From positions 1 to 39,297 of the forward strand of contig JAULYU010000237.1 in NCBI GenBank assembly GCA_032117735.1: a stretch of 39,297 nt of DNA, given 5' to 3'. A program made the translations under genes and the position numbers. This document shows, piece after piece, positions 29,072 to 39,297 of this stretch (its first letter is position 1; each line of letters starts with the position of its first letter). Under the pieces are notes generated by a model. That model ran no database searches. It was not told the DNA's origin and saw only the letters and a list, made by a program, of their open reading frames with translations. The DNA comes from Microbacteriaceae bacterium (GTDB lineage: Bacteria; Actinomycetota; Actinomycetes; Actinomycetales; Microbacteriaceae).

Positions 29072-30275
29072 CCGAGTACCTCCAGTCCGGGCAGCGACTT
29101 CCCTTCGAGGAATTCTAGGCTCGCGCCACCACCGGTTGAAATGTGACCGAACGCCGTGTCCGGGAAACCGAACGCCCGCACCGCGGCTGCGGAATCGCCG
29201 CCGCCGACCACTCCGAGTCCGTCTATCTCGGTCAGCGCCGTGGCGACTGCCCGAGTCCCCGCGCCGAAGGCGTCCATCTCGAAGACACCCATCGGTCCGT
29301 TCCAAAAGACGGTCCGAGACGATCGAATCAGTTCGGCGAACAGCCGTGATGTTTCCGGACCGATGTCCAGCCCCACACCGGAGGCTCCGAACGGAGTGTC
29401 TTCCATCGCGTCACTCGCCGCGACAGCGGTCGCGGCGTCGGCCGCAAAAGCACTGGCGACCACGATATCGGTGGGCAGCACAATCTCGACGCCCAGTGCG
29501 TGGGCAGTGTCGAGATAACCACGGACCGCGTCGAGTTTGTCGCTTTCGCAGAGCGATTCACCAACGCGGTGACCCAGCGCGGCCAGAAACGTGAACACCA
29601 TGCCCCCGCCGATGAGAAGACGGTCGACTCGGGGTAGCAGGTGCTCGATCACCCCGAGCTTGTCGGACACCTTCGAACCTCCCAGAACAACGGTGTAGGG
29701 ACGTTCCGTGTCGGTGGTGAGCCGATGCAGTATCTCGGTTTCGGTCGCCACCAAGAACCCCGCCGAACTCGGCACAAGTCGGGCTGCGTCATAGACGCTG
29801 GCGTGCTTACGATGGACGACCCCGAAACCGTCCGAGACGAGCAGGTCGACACCGGCTGTGAGCAGGGCAGCGAATTCCGCACGTTCAGACTCGACCGCCG
29901 AGGTCTCTCGGCTGTCAAACCGGAGGTTCTCGAGCACGAGGACTTCCCCCGGTGCCAGCGTGCGGCGACGGGCGTCGGCGTCGGGACCGACCGTGTCGTG
30001 TGCGAAATGGACAGGCCTGCCCAGTAGCTCGGACAGGCGTTTCACCACGAGTGCGAGCGACGAAGCCGGGTCTATCGCTCCGTCCGGGCGACCGAGGTGC
30101 GACATCACGATGACGGCTGCACCGGCATTGACTAAGTACTGAATTGTCGGGACGGACGCACGAATTCGACCGTCGTCACCGATCACACCGTCGGTTATCG
30201 GAACGTTGAAGTCACTCCGGACGAGAACCACCTTTCCGGTGAGGTCGCCCATCGACTCCAGTGTTCGCAGCGACA

Positions 30276-30276
<1 letters not shown>
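29065..30276 (-). CDS. pgk: Phosphoglycerate kinase
   Basis: RSDFNVP, SHLGRP, LENLRF, GGSKVSDK, WNGPMGVFE, STGGGASLE; TAATG overlap with gap. Confidence 0.97.
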
Positions 30277-31289
<1,013 letters not shown>

Positions 31290-31307
31290 TCACACGAAGT
31301 TGGATGG

Positions 31308-31345
31308 AAAAAGAAAAAGCAACGCGCCGGCCGAGGCAACGTTAC
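31308..31345 (-). terminator. Probable intrinsic terminator after sodA
   Basis: On minus strand, GTAACG-T-TGCC-(TCGGCC)-GGCG-CGTTGC imperfect hairpin followed by TTTTTCTTTTT. Confidence 0.55.
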
Positions 31346-31349
31346 CTAC

Positions 31350-31976
31350 CTACGAGAGTAGCAAGATTGTGGACGTGTGAGCGCGCGCCGCGGTGAAACG
31401 TTCGGCGACGTTATCCCAGTTGACAATGTTCCAGAACGCCTTCACGTAATCGGCCTTGACGTTCTGATAGTCGAGGTAAAACGCGTGTTCCCACATGTCG
31501 AGCTGCAGGAGCGGGATAGTTCCTTGGGCAGTATTGGCCTGCTGATCGAACAACTGCTGGATAATCAAGCGCGATCCGACCGGATCCCACGACAGGATTC
31601 CCCAGCCACTGCCCTGAATGCCCAGGCTAGCGGCCGAAAAATGCGCGGCGAAGGCGTCAAACGAGCCAAAGAACTCGTCAATAGCCGCGGCCAGTTCACC
31701 GCTGGGTCGATCGGCGGCGTCAGGTGCGAGGTTGGTCCAGAAAATCGTGTGATTGATGTGGCCTCCGAGATGGAACGCCAGATCCTTTTCCAATTTGTTG
31801 ATGGCACCAAACGAATTCGTTGCGCGCGCCTCGTCCATTTGCTCGAGCGCAGTGTTGGCGCCAGCGACATACGCCGCGTGGTGCTTGGAGTGGTGCAATT
31901 CCATGATTCGCGCCGAAATGTGCGGTTCCAGAGCCGCGTAATCGTAGGTCAATTCGGGAAGTGTGTAGACGGGCAT
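31350..31976 (-). CDS. sodA: Fe/Mn superoxide dismutase
   Basis: LEPHIS, HHSKHH, GGHINH, QGSGW, DMWEHAFY; ATG 31976 best spaced from GAAAGG (alternative start 31982). Confidence 0.95.
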   Translation of the reverse strand: MPVYTLPELTYDYAALEPHISARIMELHHSKHHAAYVAGANTALEQMDEARATNSFGAINKLEKDLAFHLGGHINHTIFWTNLAPDAADRPSGELAAAIDEFFGSFDAFAAHFSAASLGIQGSGWGILSWDPVGSRLIIQQLFDQQANTAQGTIPLLQLDMWEHAFYLDYQNVKADYVKAFWNIVNWDNVAERFTAARAHTSTILLLS

Positions 31977-32003
31977 GGTCATCCTTTCGGTTGGGTGTAA
32001 CGA

Positions 32004-32978
32004 TTAGTCATCGAGCACGGGGATACCATCCGAGGTGGATGGGATGCCCAGATCGGACGCCTTTTTGTCCGCCATAGCGAGCAATCGCCGAATTCGGCCG
32101 GCGACGGCGTCCTTGGTCATAATCGGAGTCGCGAAATGTCCCAACTCGTCCAGGCTCGCTTCGCGGTTATCGAGTCGGAGCCTTCCGGCATACGCGAGAT
32201 GATCGGGGATACCCTCCCCCAAAATGTCAAACGCGCGCTCTACGCGAGCACACGCGGCCACGGCAGCCTGAGCGCTGCGTCGCAAATTCGCATCGTCGAA
32301 GTTCACGAGACGATTAGCGTTCGCTCGCACCTCACGGGTGGCCCGTGCTTCGCTCCACTTCTCGAGACTGGTCGTCGCGCCCATGTAGTTGAGGAAAGCG
32401 GAAATGGCATCCGAGTCGCGGATTACCACTCGGAAACCTCCGCGCACGTCGCGTGTCTTGGCGCTGATGCCACAGCGATGGCACGTCCCAACCAGCGCCA
32501 TCGCCGCCTCGTTGGTGGGGGCGGCAATCTCGATGATTTGGCTTCGTCCCGGGTCCAGTACCTCACCGCGGGCGAGGAACGCACCGCGCAAGACGCCAAC
32601 CAGGTCGATCATGGGGGCGGTGGTCACCTTGTTGGGTAGTCCGCGCACCGGTCGGCGGCGCGTATCGACCAAGCCCGTGTGGAGTGCGAGTTGATCGGCG
32701 CCCGCGGTGAACAGCACTCTAATCGTCTCAAACTTCTTGTTCGCGTTGGCCGGGACGGTGGTGGCAGTCGATTGGACGCCGAGTAACGTGTGCGCGAGTT
32801 GGCGGGTGCGCTGAGCGGCACCGGGGTGATTGAGTTCGACTTCGACCGCGAGTTTCCCGCCGACCACGTGCAGGCCGCCGCCAAAGCGCAATAACGTGGT
32901 CAATTCGACGAGCCGGGTCGAGGGAGGCGCATCGGGTAAACCGAGCACCTCGTCTTTGACCGTTGTCGTCAGTGACAT
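32004..32978 (-). CDS. whiA: DNA-binding protein WhiA
   Basis: RGAFLARG, ANRLVNFDDANLRRS, ASLDELG, TKDAVAGRIRRL. Confidence 0.94.
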   Translation of the reverse strand: MSLTTTVKDEVLGLPDAPPSTRLVELTTLLRFGGGLHVVGGKLAVEVELNHPGAAQRTRQLAHTLLGVQSTATTVPANANKKFETIRVLFTAGADQLALHTGLVDTRRRPVRGLPNKVTTAPMIDLVGVLRGAFLARGEVLDPGRSQIIEIAAPTNEAAMALVGTCHRCGISAKTRDVRGGFRVVIRDSDAISAFLNYMGATTSLEKWSEARATREVRANANRLVNFDDANLRRSAQAAVAACARVERAFDILGEGIPDHLAYAGRLRLDNREASLDELGHFATPIMTKDAVAGRIRRLLAMADKKASDLGIPSTSDGIPVLDD

Positions 32979-32995
32979 CCGTGTGGAGTCCTTCT

Positions 32996-33865
32996 CTATT
33001 CGCGACCGATATCGCGGTGTTTGCGGGTGACCGCCACCCCCGGCATCTGCTCGAGGCGACGAGCAAGCTCTTCCGTGATTGCGACACTGCGGTGCTTGCC
33101 TCCTGTACATCCTATTGCGATGGTGGCGTGGCGCTTATTCTCCCGGACATAACCTCGGAGGGTTGCGCCGAGCATCAGGACCAACCCATCGAGGTATTCG
33201 TCGACGTCGGTCTGTGACAGAACGAATGCGGAAACATCCGGGTGCAACCCGTTTTCGTGGCGCAGACTCTCGGTCCAGAACGGGTTCGGCAGAAAACGAA
33301 CATCGCCCACGATGTCCGCGTCCGCGGGGAGTCCGTGTTTGAAACCGAACGACTCGACAACCACATTGACGTCAGCGCTGTCATCCGAACGAAAACTGTC
33401 GTACACGAGTGTGGTGGTCTGGTGAACGTTCAGTCCGGTGGTGTCCACGACAACGTCCGAAATTCCACGGAGTGTCTCGAGGCGCTCGCGCTCGCGCTGA
33501 ATTCCGTCGATGAGTGTCCCGTTTTCTTGGAGCGGGTGTGGGCGCCGGACGCTCTCGAAGCGTCTGATCAATTCGGCGTCGGTCGCGTCCAGGAATAGCA
33601 CGCGAACCGTCGTTCTTTCACGAAGTGATTCGATTATCGGGGCCAGTTCCTCGACGCTATCCCCGCCGCGCACGTCGATGACGACCGCCAAACGGCTCAT
33701 CGCTCCCCCGTCGTCAACGGCCAGGTCGACCAGCGAGGGCAACAGTTGGGACGGGAGGTTATCGATGACACGCCATCCCGCGTCTTCGAGAGCATTCGCA
33801 GCGGTGGAACGCCCCGCTCCCGACATACCCGTGACGATGATGATGTGTGCGACGTTCTCGCTCAT
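32996..33865 (-). CDS. rapZ: RapZ/YvcJ P-loop nucleotide-binding protein
   Basis: TGMSGAGRS, DNLP, RRPHPL, SFGFKHG, DVRFLPNP, GCTGGKHRSV. Confidence 0.95.
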   Translation of the reverse strand: MSENVAHIIIVTGMSGAGRSTAANALEDAGWRVIDNLPSQLLPSLVDLAVDDGGAMSRLAVVIDVRGGDSVEELAPIIESLRERTTVRVLFLDATDAELIRRFESVRRPHPLQENGTLIDGIQRERERLETLRGISDVVVDTTGLNVHQTTTLVYDSFRSDDSADVNVVVESFGFKHGLPADADIVGDVRFLPNPFWTESLRHENGLHPDVSAFVLSQTDVDEYLDGLVLMLGATLRGYVRENKRHATIAIGCTGGKHRSVAITEELARRLEQMPGVAVTRKHRDIGRE

Positions 33866-33874
33866 GATGGTTTC

Positions 33875-33880
33875 AGCCTA
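33875..33880 (-). promoter_or_regulatory. Putative -10 (TAGGCT) for rapZ overlapping the uvrC stop
   Basis: TANNNT 9 nt before ATG; no SD. Confidence 0.5.
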
Positions 33881-35725
33881 CTTGGCGGCGCTGTTCGGGT
33901 TGAGTGAGTCGATGATTCGCTGAGCGGTATCCGCGCCAATCCCCGGAACGACGAGCAAATCCTCGAGACTCGCACCGCGCACCGCGGTGGGGCTACCGAA
34001 GTGCGTGATGAGGGCCTGCACGCGCTTGGGCCCCAAGCCGTCCAGTTCGTTGAGCGCGGAGGTGAGCACCTTGGTTCGTTTGGACTTCTGGTAGCGGAGC
34101 GCGAATCGGTGAGCCTCGTCGCGGGCTCGTTGCACGAGATACAGCGCGTTGCTATCGCGCGGAAGAATGACGGGGAAATCCGAGTTCGGAAGCCACAGTT
34201 CTTCGAGCCGCTTAGCCAGGCCGACGACGGACACCCCCTCGATACCCGACTCGTCGAGTGCTCGCTTCGCCGCGTTCACCTGGGGTTGTCCGCCGTCCAC
34301 CAGAATCAGTGTTGTCGGGTAGCGCATGCCCGCACGCTCGTCCTTCAATCGGGTCAGACGACGCGTAATGAGTTGGTGCATGGCTTCGGTGTCGTCCCTC
34401 GCCGATGCGATTCCGTAGTGGCGATAATCGTCCTTGACCGGTAACCCGTCTTCGAAGACGACCAAAGAGCCGACGATGTCCGTTCCACCGAGGTGCGAAA
34501 CATCACAGCATTCGAAACGGAGTGGCGCTTCGGGTAGACCAAGATTGTCCCGCAGGTCCTCGAGTGCCCGCGATCGAGCAACGAAGTCGTGGGCGCGGTG
34601 AAGTTCGTGTTCCCCGAGCGCGAGCGCAGCGTTTTTGGTCACGCTGAGAAGTAGCGTGGCGCGATCGCCACGCTGTGGGACCGCGATCCGCACTCGACCC
34701 GCGTTGCCCGCCTCCCTTCGACGGCGCGTCAGCAACTCGCTGAGCGCCTCGCGCGACTGTGGTTCGAACGGCACATCGATGAGCGCCGGCGGCGCGTCGA
34801 GTTCATACACGTTCTCGATCGCCTGCTCCAGAATCGCGGCGGGGTCCATCTCGAGTTCGGTGTCGACCGTCCACACTCGCGTTCCGCGCACACGGCCATC
34901 CCGGACATGAAAGATCGCGATGGCCGCAGACAACTCGCTCGAGGCGAACCCGACAATGTCCACGTCGAGTTCGTCCCGAAGCACGACCGCGCTGCGCTGT
35001 GCGATGGACTGTAACGCACTCCGTTGGTCGCGAAACCGTGCCGCCGATTCAAAATCCTGGCGTTGTGACGCGTCGGCCATTTGTTCGCTGAGATTCTCGA
35101 TCACGGCAGCGTCCTGCTTCGTCATGAACTCGACGAAACCCTCCGCAAGTTTTCGATGTTCCTCGGTGGTGACACGACCAACGCACGGAGCCGCGCACTT
35201 CCCGATATCGCCGAGCAAACAGGGGCGATCGTCCCGTCGCGCCTTGATGAACGTCGAACTGGCGCAGGAGCGGACGGGGTACACCGTCAACAGGAGGTCC
35301 AACGTTTCCCGCACCGCCCACGCCTTGGTGAACGGACCGAAATAGGCGGTTCCGTCCTTGACGCGGGTGCGGGCCAACATCGCGCGGGGGTATTCCTCCC
35401 CCATCGTCACCGCCAAATAGGCGTAACCCTTGTCGTCGCGGAAGCGGATATTGAAGGGCGGCCGAAACTCCTTGATCCAGGTGAACTCGAGATGAAGTGC
35501 TTCGAGTTCCGTTCCCACCACCGTCCAGTCCACCCGCCGCGCGCTTCCGACCATCCGGGCGGTGCGCTCGAGTAACCCCGAGGTGCTGTGGAAGTAGGTA
35601 GAGAGTCGATTACGAAGGTTCTTAGCCTTTCCGACATAGAGAATGCGGTCGGTCTCGTCGAAAAAGCGATACACACCCGGGTCGGTCGGGATCGACCGCG
35701 GTGCCGGATGCCACTCGCGGGTCAT
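33878..35725 (-). CDS. uvrC: Excinuclease ABC subunit C
   Basis: [40 protein letters not shown]-terminal HhH. Confidence 0.97.
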   Translation of the reverse strand: MTREWHPAPRSIPTDPGVYRFFDETDRILYVGKAKNLRNRLSTYFHSTSGLLERTARMVGSARRVDWTVVGTELEALHLEFTWIKEFRPPFNIRFRDDKGYAYLAVTMGEEYPRAMLARTRVKDGTAYFGPFTKAWAVRETLDLLLTVYPVRSCASSTFIKARRDDRPCLLGDIGKCAAPCVGRVTTEEHRKLAEGFVEFMTKQDAAVIENLSEQMADASQRQDFESAARFRDQRSALQSIAQRSAVVLRDELDVDIVGFASSELSAAIAIFHVRDGRVRGTRVWTVDTELEMDPAAILEQAIENVYELDAPPALIDVPFEPQSREALSELLTRRRREAGNAGRVRIAVPQRGDRATLLLSVTKNAALALGEHELHRAHDFVARSRALEDLRDNLGLPEAPLRFECCDVSHLGGTDIVGSLVVFEDGLPVKDDYRHYGIASARDDTEAMHQLITRRLTRLKDERAGMRYPTTLILVDGGQPQVNAAKRALDESGIEGVSVVGLAKRLEELWLPNSDFPVILPRDSNALYLVQRARDEAHRFALRYQKSKRTKVLTSALNELDGLGPKRVQALITHFGSPTAVRGASLEDLLVVPGIGADTAQRIIDSLNPNSAAK

Positions 35726-38574
35726 GTCAGGATTTCGGCCAGGAATGTACCGGTGTGAGAGCCCGCGACACGAGCGACCTCTTCGGGAGTTCCGGTCGCG
35801 ACGATTCGCCCGCCACCGTCGCCGCCCTCGGGGCCCATGTCGATGAGGTGGTCCGCCGAACGGATGACGTCGAGATTGTGCTCAATCACGATGACAGTGT
35901 TGCCCTTGTCGACCAGAGTGTGGAGCACCGTCAGAAGGCGGCGGACATCCTCGAAGTGCAATCCCGTCGTCGGTTCATCGAGCACGTAGACGGTCCGACC
36001 GGTCGAACGCCGCTGCAGTTCGGTGGCTAATTTGACGCGTTGTGCCTCACCGCCGGACAGGGTTGTGGCGGACTGGCCGAGCCGGACATAACCCAAGCCG
36101 ACATCACAGAGCGTCTTCATAAATCGGTGAATTGAGGTAATCGGTTCAAAAAATTTCTCGGCCACCTCAATCGGCATCGACAACACCTCGGAAATGTTCT
36201 TTCCCTTGTAACGAACCGTCAACGTCTCTCGGTTGTAGCGCTGACCGTGACACTCTTCACACTCGACGTACACGTCGGGTAGGAAGTTCATCTCGATCTT
36301 GATTGTTCCGTCACCCGAGCAGTTCTCGCAGCGTCCGCCCTTGACGTTGAACGAAAAACGGCCGGGGCCGTAGCCGCGCTCTTTCGCCTCGACGGTTTCG
36401 GCGAAGAGCGTTCGGATTTTGTCGAACACACCCGTGTAGGTGGCGGGATTGGACCGCGGTGTCCGTCCGATCGGTGCCTGGTCGACGTGAATGACCTTGT
36501 CCAGATGGTCGAGTCCCGAAACGGACTTGTGTCGACCCGGCGTTTGTTTCGCGCCGTTGAGTCGGTTCGCCATGACCTTGTAGAGGATGTCGTTGACGAG
36601 TGAACTCTTGCCGGATCCGGACACGCCCGTGACCGCGACAAACACTCCCAGCGGGAAGTCCACCTCGACGTCGACGAGGTTGTTGGCGCTCGCACCGTGG
36701 ACCGTGACCACGCGGTCGGCAGACCACGGACGTCGGTCGACGCGTTCGGACACCTTTTCACGCCCCGACAGGAACGCCGCGGTGTGGGACTTCTTTTCTT
36801 TCAGAAGGTTCGCGAGAGAGCCCGAGTGCACGACCTCGCCTCCGTGTTCGCCCGCCCCGGGACCAATATCGACAATCCAGTCAGCAGCGTGGATCGTGTC
36901 CTCGTCGTGTTCGACCACGACCAGGGTGTTACCAATGTCACGAAGGCGAACGAGGGTCTCGATTAGTCGACGGTTGTCGCGTTGATGCAAACCAATCGAC
37001 GGCTCGTCGAGAACGTAGAGAACGCCCGTCAGGCCGGCGCCGATTTGAGTCGCAAGCCGGATGCGTTGAGCTTCTCCCCCGGACAGCGTTCCGGCCGCCC
37101 GAGACATCGTGAGATACCCGAGCCCGACGTGAAGGAGAAACTCGAGCCGTGCCGTGATTTCGCGCAACACCGCCGCCGCAACCTTCGCGTCTCTGTCCGA
37201 AAGGGTCAGACTCGCCACGAAATCGTGCGCGACCTGCAGCGACAGACCACAGACTTCGGAAATGGATTTTCCGTTGACGGTGACCGCCAAAACCGCCGGG
37301 GCGAGGCGTTGACCCCGACAACTGTCACAGGGCACGGTTCGGTGAAAAGCTCCGAACCGCTCTTTGGTCCACTCCCCCTCGGTTTCGGAATATTTCCGCT
37401 CCACATAGGTCAGAACGCCCTCGAATCCACGTGACATCGACACTTTGCGTCCGTAGCGGTTACGCCACTTGATGACGACCTCGTGATTGTTGCCGTAGAG
37501 CACCGCGTTCTGGACCTCGTCGCTGAGGTCCTGCCACGGCGTGTCCAAGCTGAACTCGAGATCGACCGCCAAGCCTTCGGCGAGACGCTCGAAGTAGGGG
37601 TAGATGAGTTCCTTGCCACCGGGTTTCCACGGAAGGATCACGCCCTGACGGATCGACATCGCGGGGTCATCCAGCACCAGATCAACATCCGCCATCGACT
37701 GCGTCCCGATACCGTGGCAGGTCACACAAGCCCCGAAAGGCGCGTTGAACGAGAACGTTCGTGGTTCGATCTCGGTGAGGGTGACGACGTGCTGATTGGG
37801 GCACGACAGCTTCTCGCTGAAGGTTCGACTCTCGTCACTGTCGACAAAGTCAACCACCAGGACGCCCTGCCCCAGTTTCAGCGCTGTTTCGACGGAATCG
37901 TTGAGTCGGGCCGCGTCACCACCCGAGGTCAACCGGTCGACCACGACCGAAATGTCGTGCTTCACCTGCTTTTTGAGAATCGGGGGTTCGGAGAGCTGGA
38001 TGACCTCGCCGTCCACCGATGCTCGGGCGTACCCCTGTCCGAGCAGGTCGGCGAACACCTCAACGAATTCCCCTTTTCGACCAACCACAATCGGTGCGAG
38101 TATCTGGAACCGAGTGTCAGCGGGCAGTTCGGACAACTGGTCGGAGATTTGTTGGGCGGACTGACGTTCGATGGGTTCGCCGCACTCGGCACAGTGGGGA
38201 ATGCCGATCCTCGCCCACAAGAGGCGCATGTAATCGTAGATTTCGGTGATGGTTCCGACCGTCGAACGGGGGTTTCGGTTCGTGGATTTTTGGTCAATGG
38301 AGACCGCGGGAGACAGTCCGTCGATGAAGTCGACGTCCGGTCGATCGACCTGTCCGAGGAACTGGCGGGCATAGGACGACAGCGATTCGATGTAGCGTCG
38401 TTGCCCCTCGGCGAAGAGCGTGTCGAACGCCAGAGAAGACTTCCCCGACCCGCTCAGCCCGGTGAAGACCACGAGGGAATTACGCGGGATAACGAGGTCG
38501 ACGTTCTTGAGATTGTGAACCCTTGCGCCCTTGATGCTGATGACATTTTTGCCGGTGACGGGGGTTATGGACAC
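35722..38574 (-). CDS. uvrA: Excinuclease ABC subunit A
   Basis: [23 protein letters not shown], two LSGGEAQR signatures, zinc-finger cysteines. Confidence 0.98.
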   Translation of the reverse strand: MSITPVTGKNVISIKGARVHNLKNVDLVIPRNSLVVFTGLSGSGKSSLAFDTLFAEGQRRYIESLSSYARQFLGQVDRPDVDFIDGLSPAVSIDQKSTNRNPRSTVGTITEIYDYMRLLWARIGIPHCAECGEPIERQSAQQISDQLSELPADTRFQILAPIVVGRKGEFVEVFADLLGQGYARASVDGEVIQLSEPPILKKQVKHDISVVVDRLTSGGDAARLNDSVETALKLGQGVLVVDFVDSDESRTFSEKLSCPNQHVVTLTEIEPRTFSFNAPFGACVTCHGIGTQSMADVDLVLDDPAMSIRQGVILPWKPGGKELIYPYFERLAEGLAVDLEFSLDTPWQDLSDEVQNAVLYGNNHEVVIKWRNRYGRKVSMSRGFEGVLTYVERKYSETEGEWTKERFGAFHRTVPCDSCRGQRLAPAVLAVTVNGKSISEVCGLSLQVAHDFVASLTLSDRDAKVAAAVLREITARLEFLLHVGLGYLTMSRAAGTLSGGEAQRIRLATQIGAGLTGVLYVLDEPSIGLHQRDNRRLIETLVRLRDIGNTLVVVEHDEDTIHAADWIVDIGPGAGEHGGEVVHSGSLANLLKEKKSHTAAFLSGREKVSERVDRRPWSADRVVTVHGASANNLVDVEVDFPLGVFVAVTGVSGSGKSSLVNDILYKVMANRLNGAKQTPGRHKSVSGLDHLDKVIHVDQAPIGRTPRSNPATYTGVFDKIRTLFAETVEAKERGYGPGRFSFNVKGGRCENCSGDGTIKIEMNFLPDVYVECEECHGQRYNRETLTVRYKGKNISEVLSMPIEVAEKFFEPITSIHRFMKTLCDVGLGYVRLGQSATTLSGGEAQRVKLATELQRRSTGRTVYVLDEPTTGLHFEDVRRLLTVLHTLVDKGNTVIVIEHNLDVIRSADHLIDMGPEGGDGGGRIVATGTPEEVARVAGSHTGTFLAEILT

Positions 38575-38580
38575 GGTGTC

Positions 38581-38586
38581 ATTCTA
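38581..38586 (-). promoter_or_regulatory. Putative -10 (TAGAAT) for leaderless uvrA overlapping the uvrB stop
   Basis: Near-consensus -10, 6 nt before GTG; no SD. Confidence 0.6.
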
Positions 38587-39297
38587 GGGTTTGCCCAGTT
38601 CACGAGCCGACCGCACCTGTTTTTTGAGGTCGTGAATCTCGTCACGGAGTCGCGCGGCGAGCTCAAACCGAAGTTCTTCGGCCGCCACAATCATCTGCTC
38701 GGTCAATTTGTCGATGACCACCTCGACATCGTCGTCGATGTCCCCCAATCCCTCGGTGTCGTACGCCTCGCGAGCGAGCGTCTCGGTAATGTCCGCGATT
38801 CGTTTTCGCAACGGCTGGGGATCAACACCGTGCTCGAGGTTGTAGGCGACCTGAGTGGCGCGACGACGGTTCGTTTCGGAAATCGCCTGTTTCATCGCGT
38901 CGGTTTCGCGATCCGCATACAGGTGCACCTCTCCCGAGACGTTACGCGCGGCGCGACCGATGGTCTGAATCAAGGACGTCGCACTGCGAAGGAAGCCCTG
39001 CTTGTCGGCGTCGAACACGGCCACGAGGGACACTTCGGGCAGGTCGAGCCCTTCGCGCAAGAGGTTAATCCCGACCAGCACATCGAATCGACCCTGTCGG
39101 AGTTCCGACAGGAGTTCGACTCGGCGCAGCGTGTCCACGTCCGAATGGAGGTACTCGACCTTGACGCCCATCCCACGGAGGTAGTCGGTGAGGTCCTCCG
39201 ACATCTTTTTGGTCAGGGTTGTAATCAGAACGCGTTCGTCTTTGGCGACGCGCTCACGGATGCTTTCCAGCACATCGTCGATTTGCCCTTTCGTGGG
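38584..39297 (-). CDS. uvrB: Excinuclease ABC subunit B (C-terminal part; start outside window)
   Basis: [48 protein letters not shown] domain [11 protein letters not shown]. Confidence 0.97.
   Translation of the reverse strand, partial: PTKGQIDDVLESIRERVAKDERVLITTLTKKMSEDLTDYLRGMGVKVEYLHSDVDTLRRVELLSELRQGRFDVLVGINLLREGLDLPEVSLVAVFDADKQGFLRSATSLIQTIGRAARNVSGEVHLYADRETDAMKQAISETNRRRATQVAYNLEHGVDPQPLRKRIADITETLAREAYDTEGLGDIDDDVEVVIDKLTEQMIVAAEELRFELAARLRDEIHDLKKQVRSARELGKP

Overview
High-GC (roughly 60-65% by eye), very densely packed core-genome segment of an actinobacterium. Gene content and order point to Microbacteriaceae, and the tiny intergenic spaces suggest a streamlined lineage (inference). 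It holds about 40 CDS: error-prone dnaE2 (5' end outside the window) convergent with dinB; a TrmH methyltransferase, DUF805-like protein, histidine phosphatase, YbaK, AlkD-like repair protein, alpha/beta hydrolase and DEDDh exonuclease; rpmE2 (L31 type B), an ABC ATPase, serB, fabG and DUF3099-SURF1; sufB-sufD-Rieske ferredoxin-sufC-sufT-ABC-F; ctaA and ctaB; tkt-tal-pgi-zwf-opcA-pgl; and the minus-strand run uvrB (partial)-uvrA-uvrC-rapZ-whiA-sodA-gap-pgk-tpiA-secG-rbpA. I found no mobile element, CRISPR array, tRNA/rRNA or defence island, and I cannot support a clearly novel multi-gene system. The most interesting signals are regulatory and compaction features: about 11 likely leaderless genes, stop codons doubling as the next gene's -10 box, back-to-back divergent -10 pairs, a possible gap promoter inside the sodA terminator, and structured serB and tkt leaders. 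Also notable are a clamp-motif-like QLPFF in DnaE2 and an AlkD-like gene coupled to a hydrolase. All calls come from motif recognition by eye; no searches were run.
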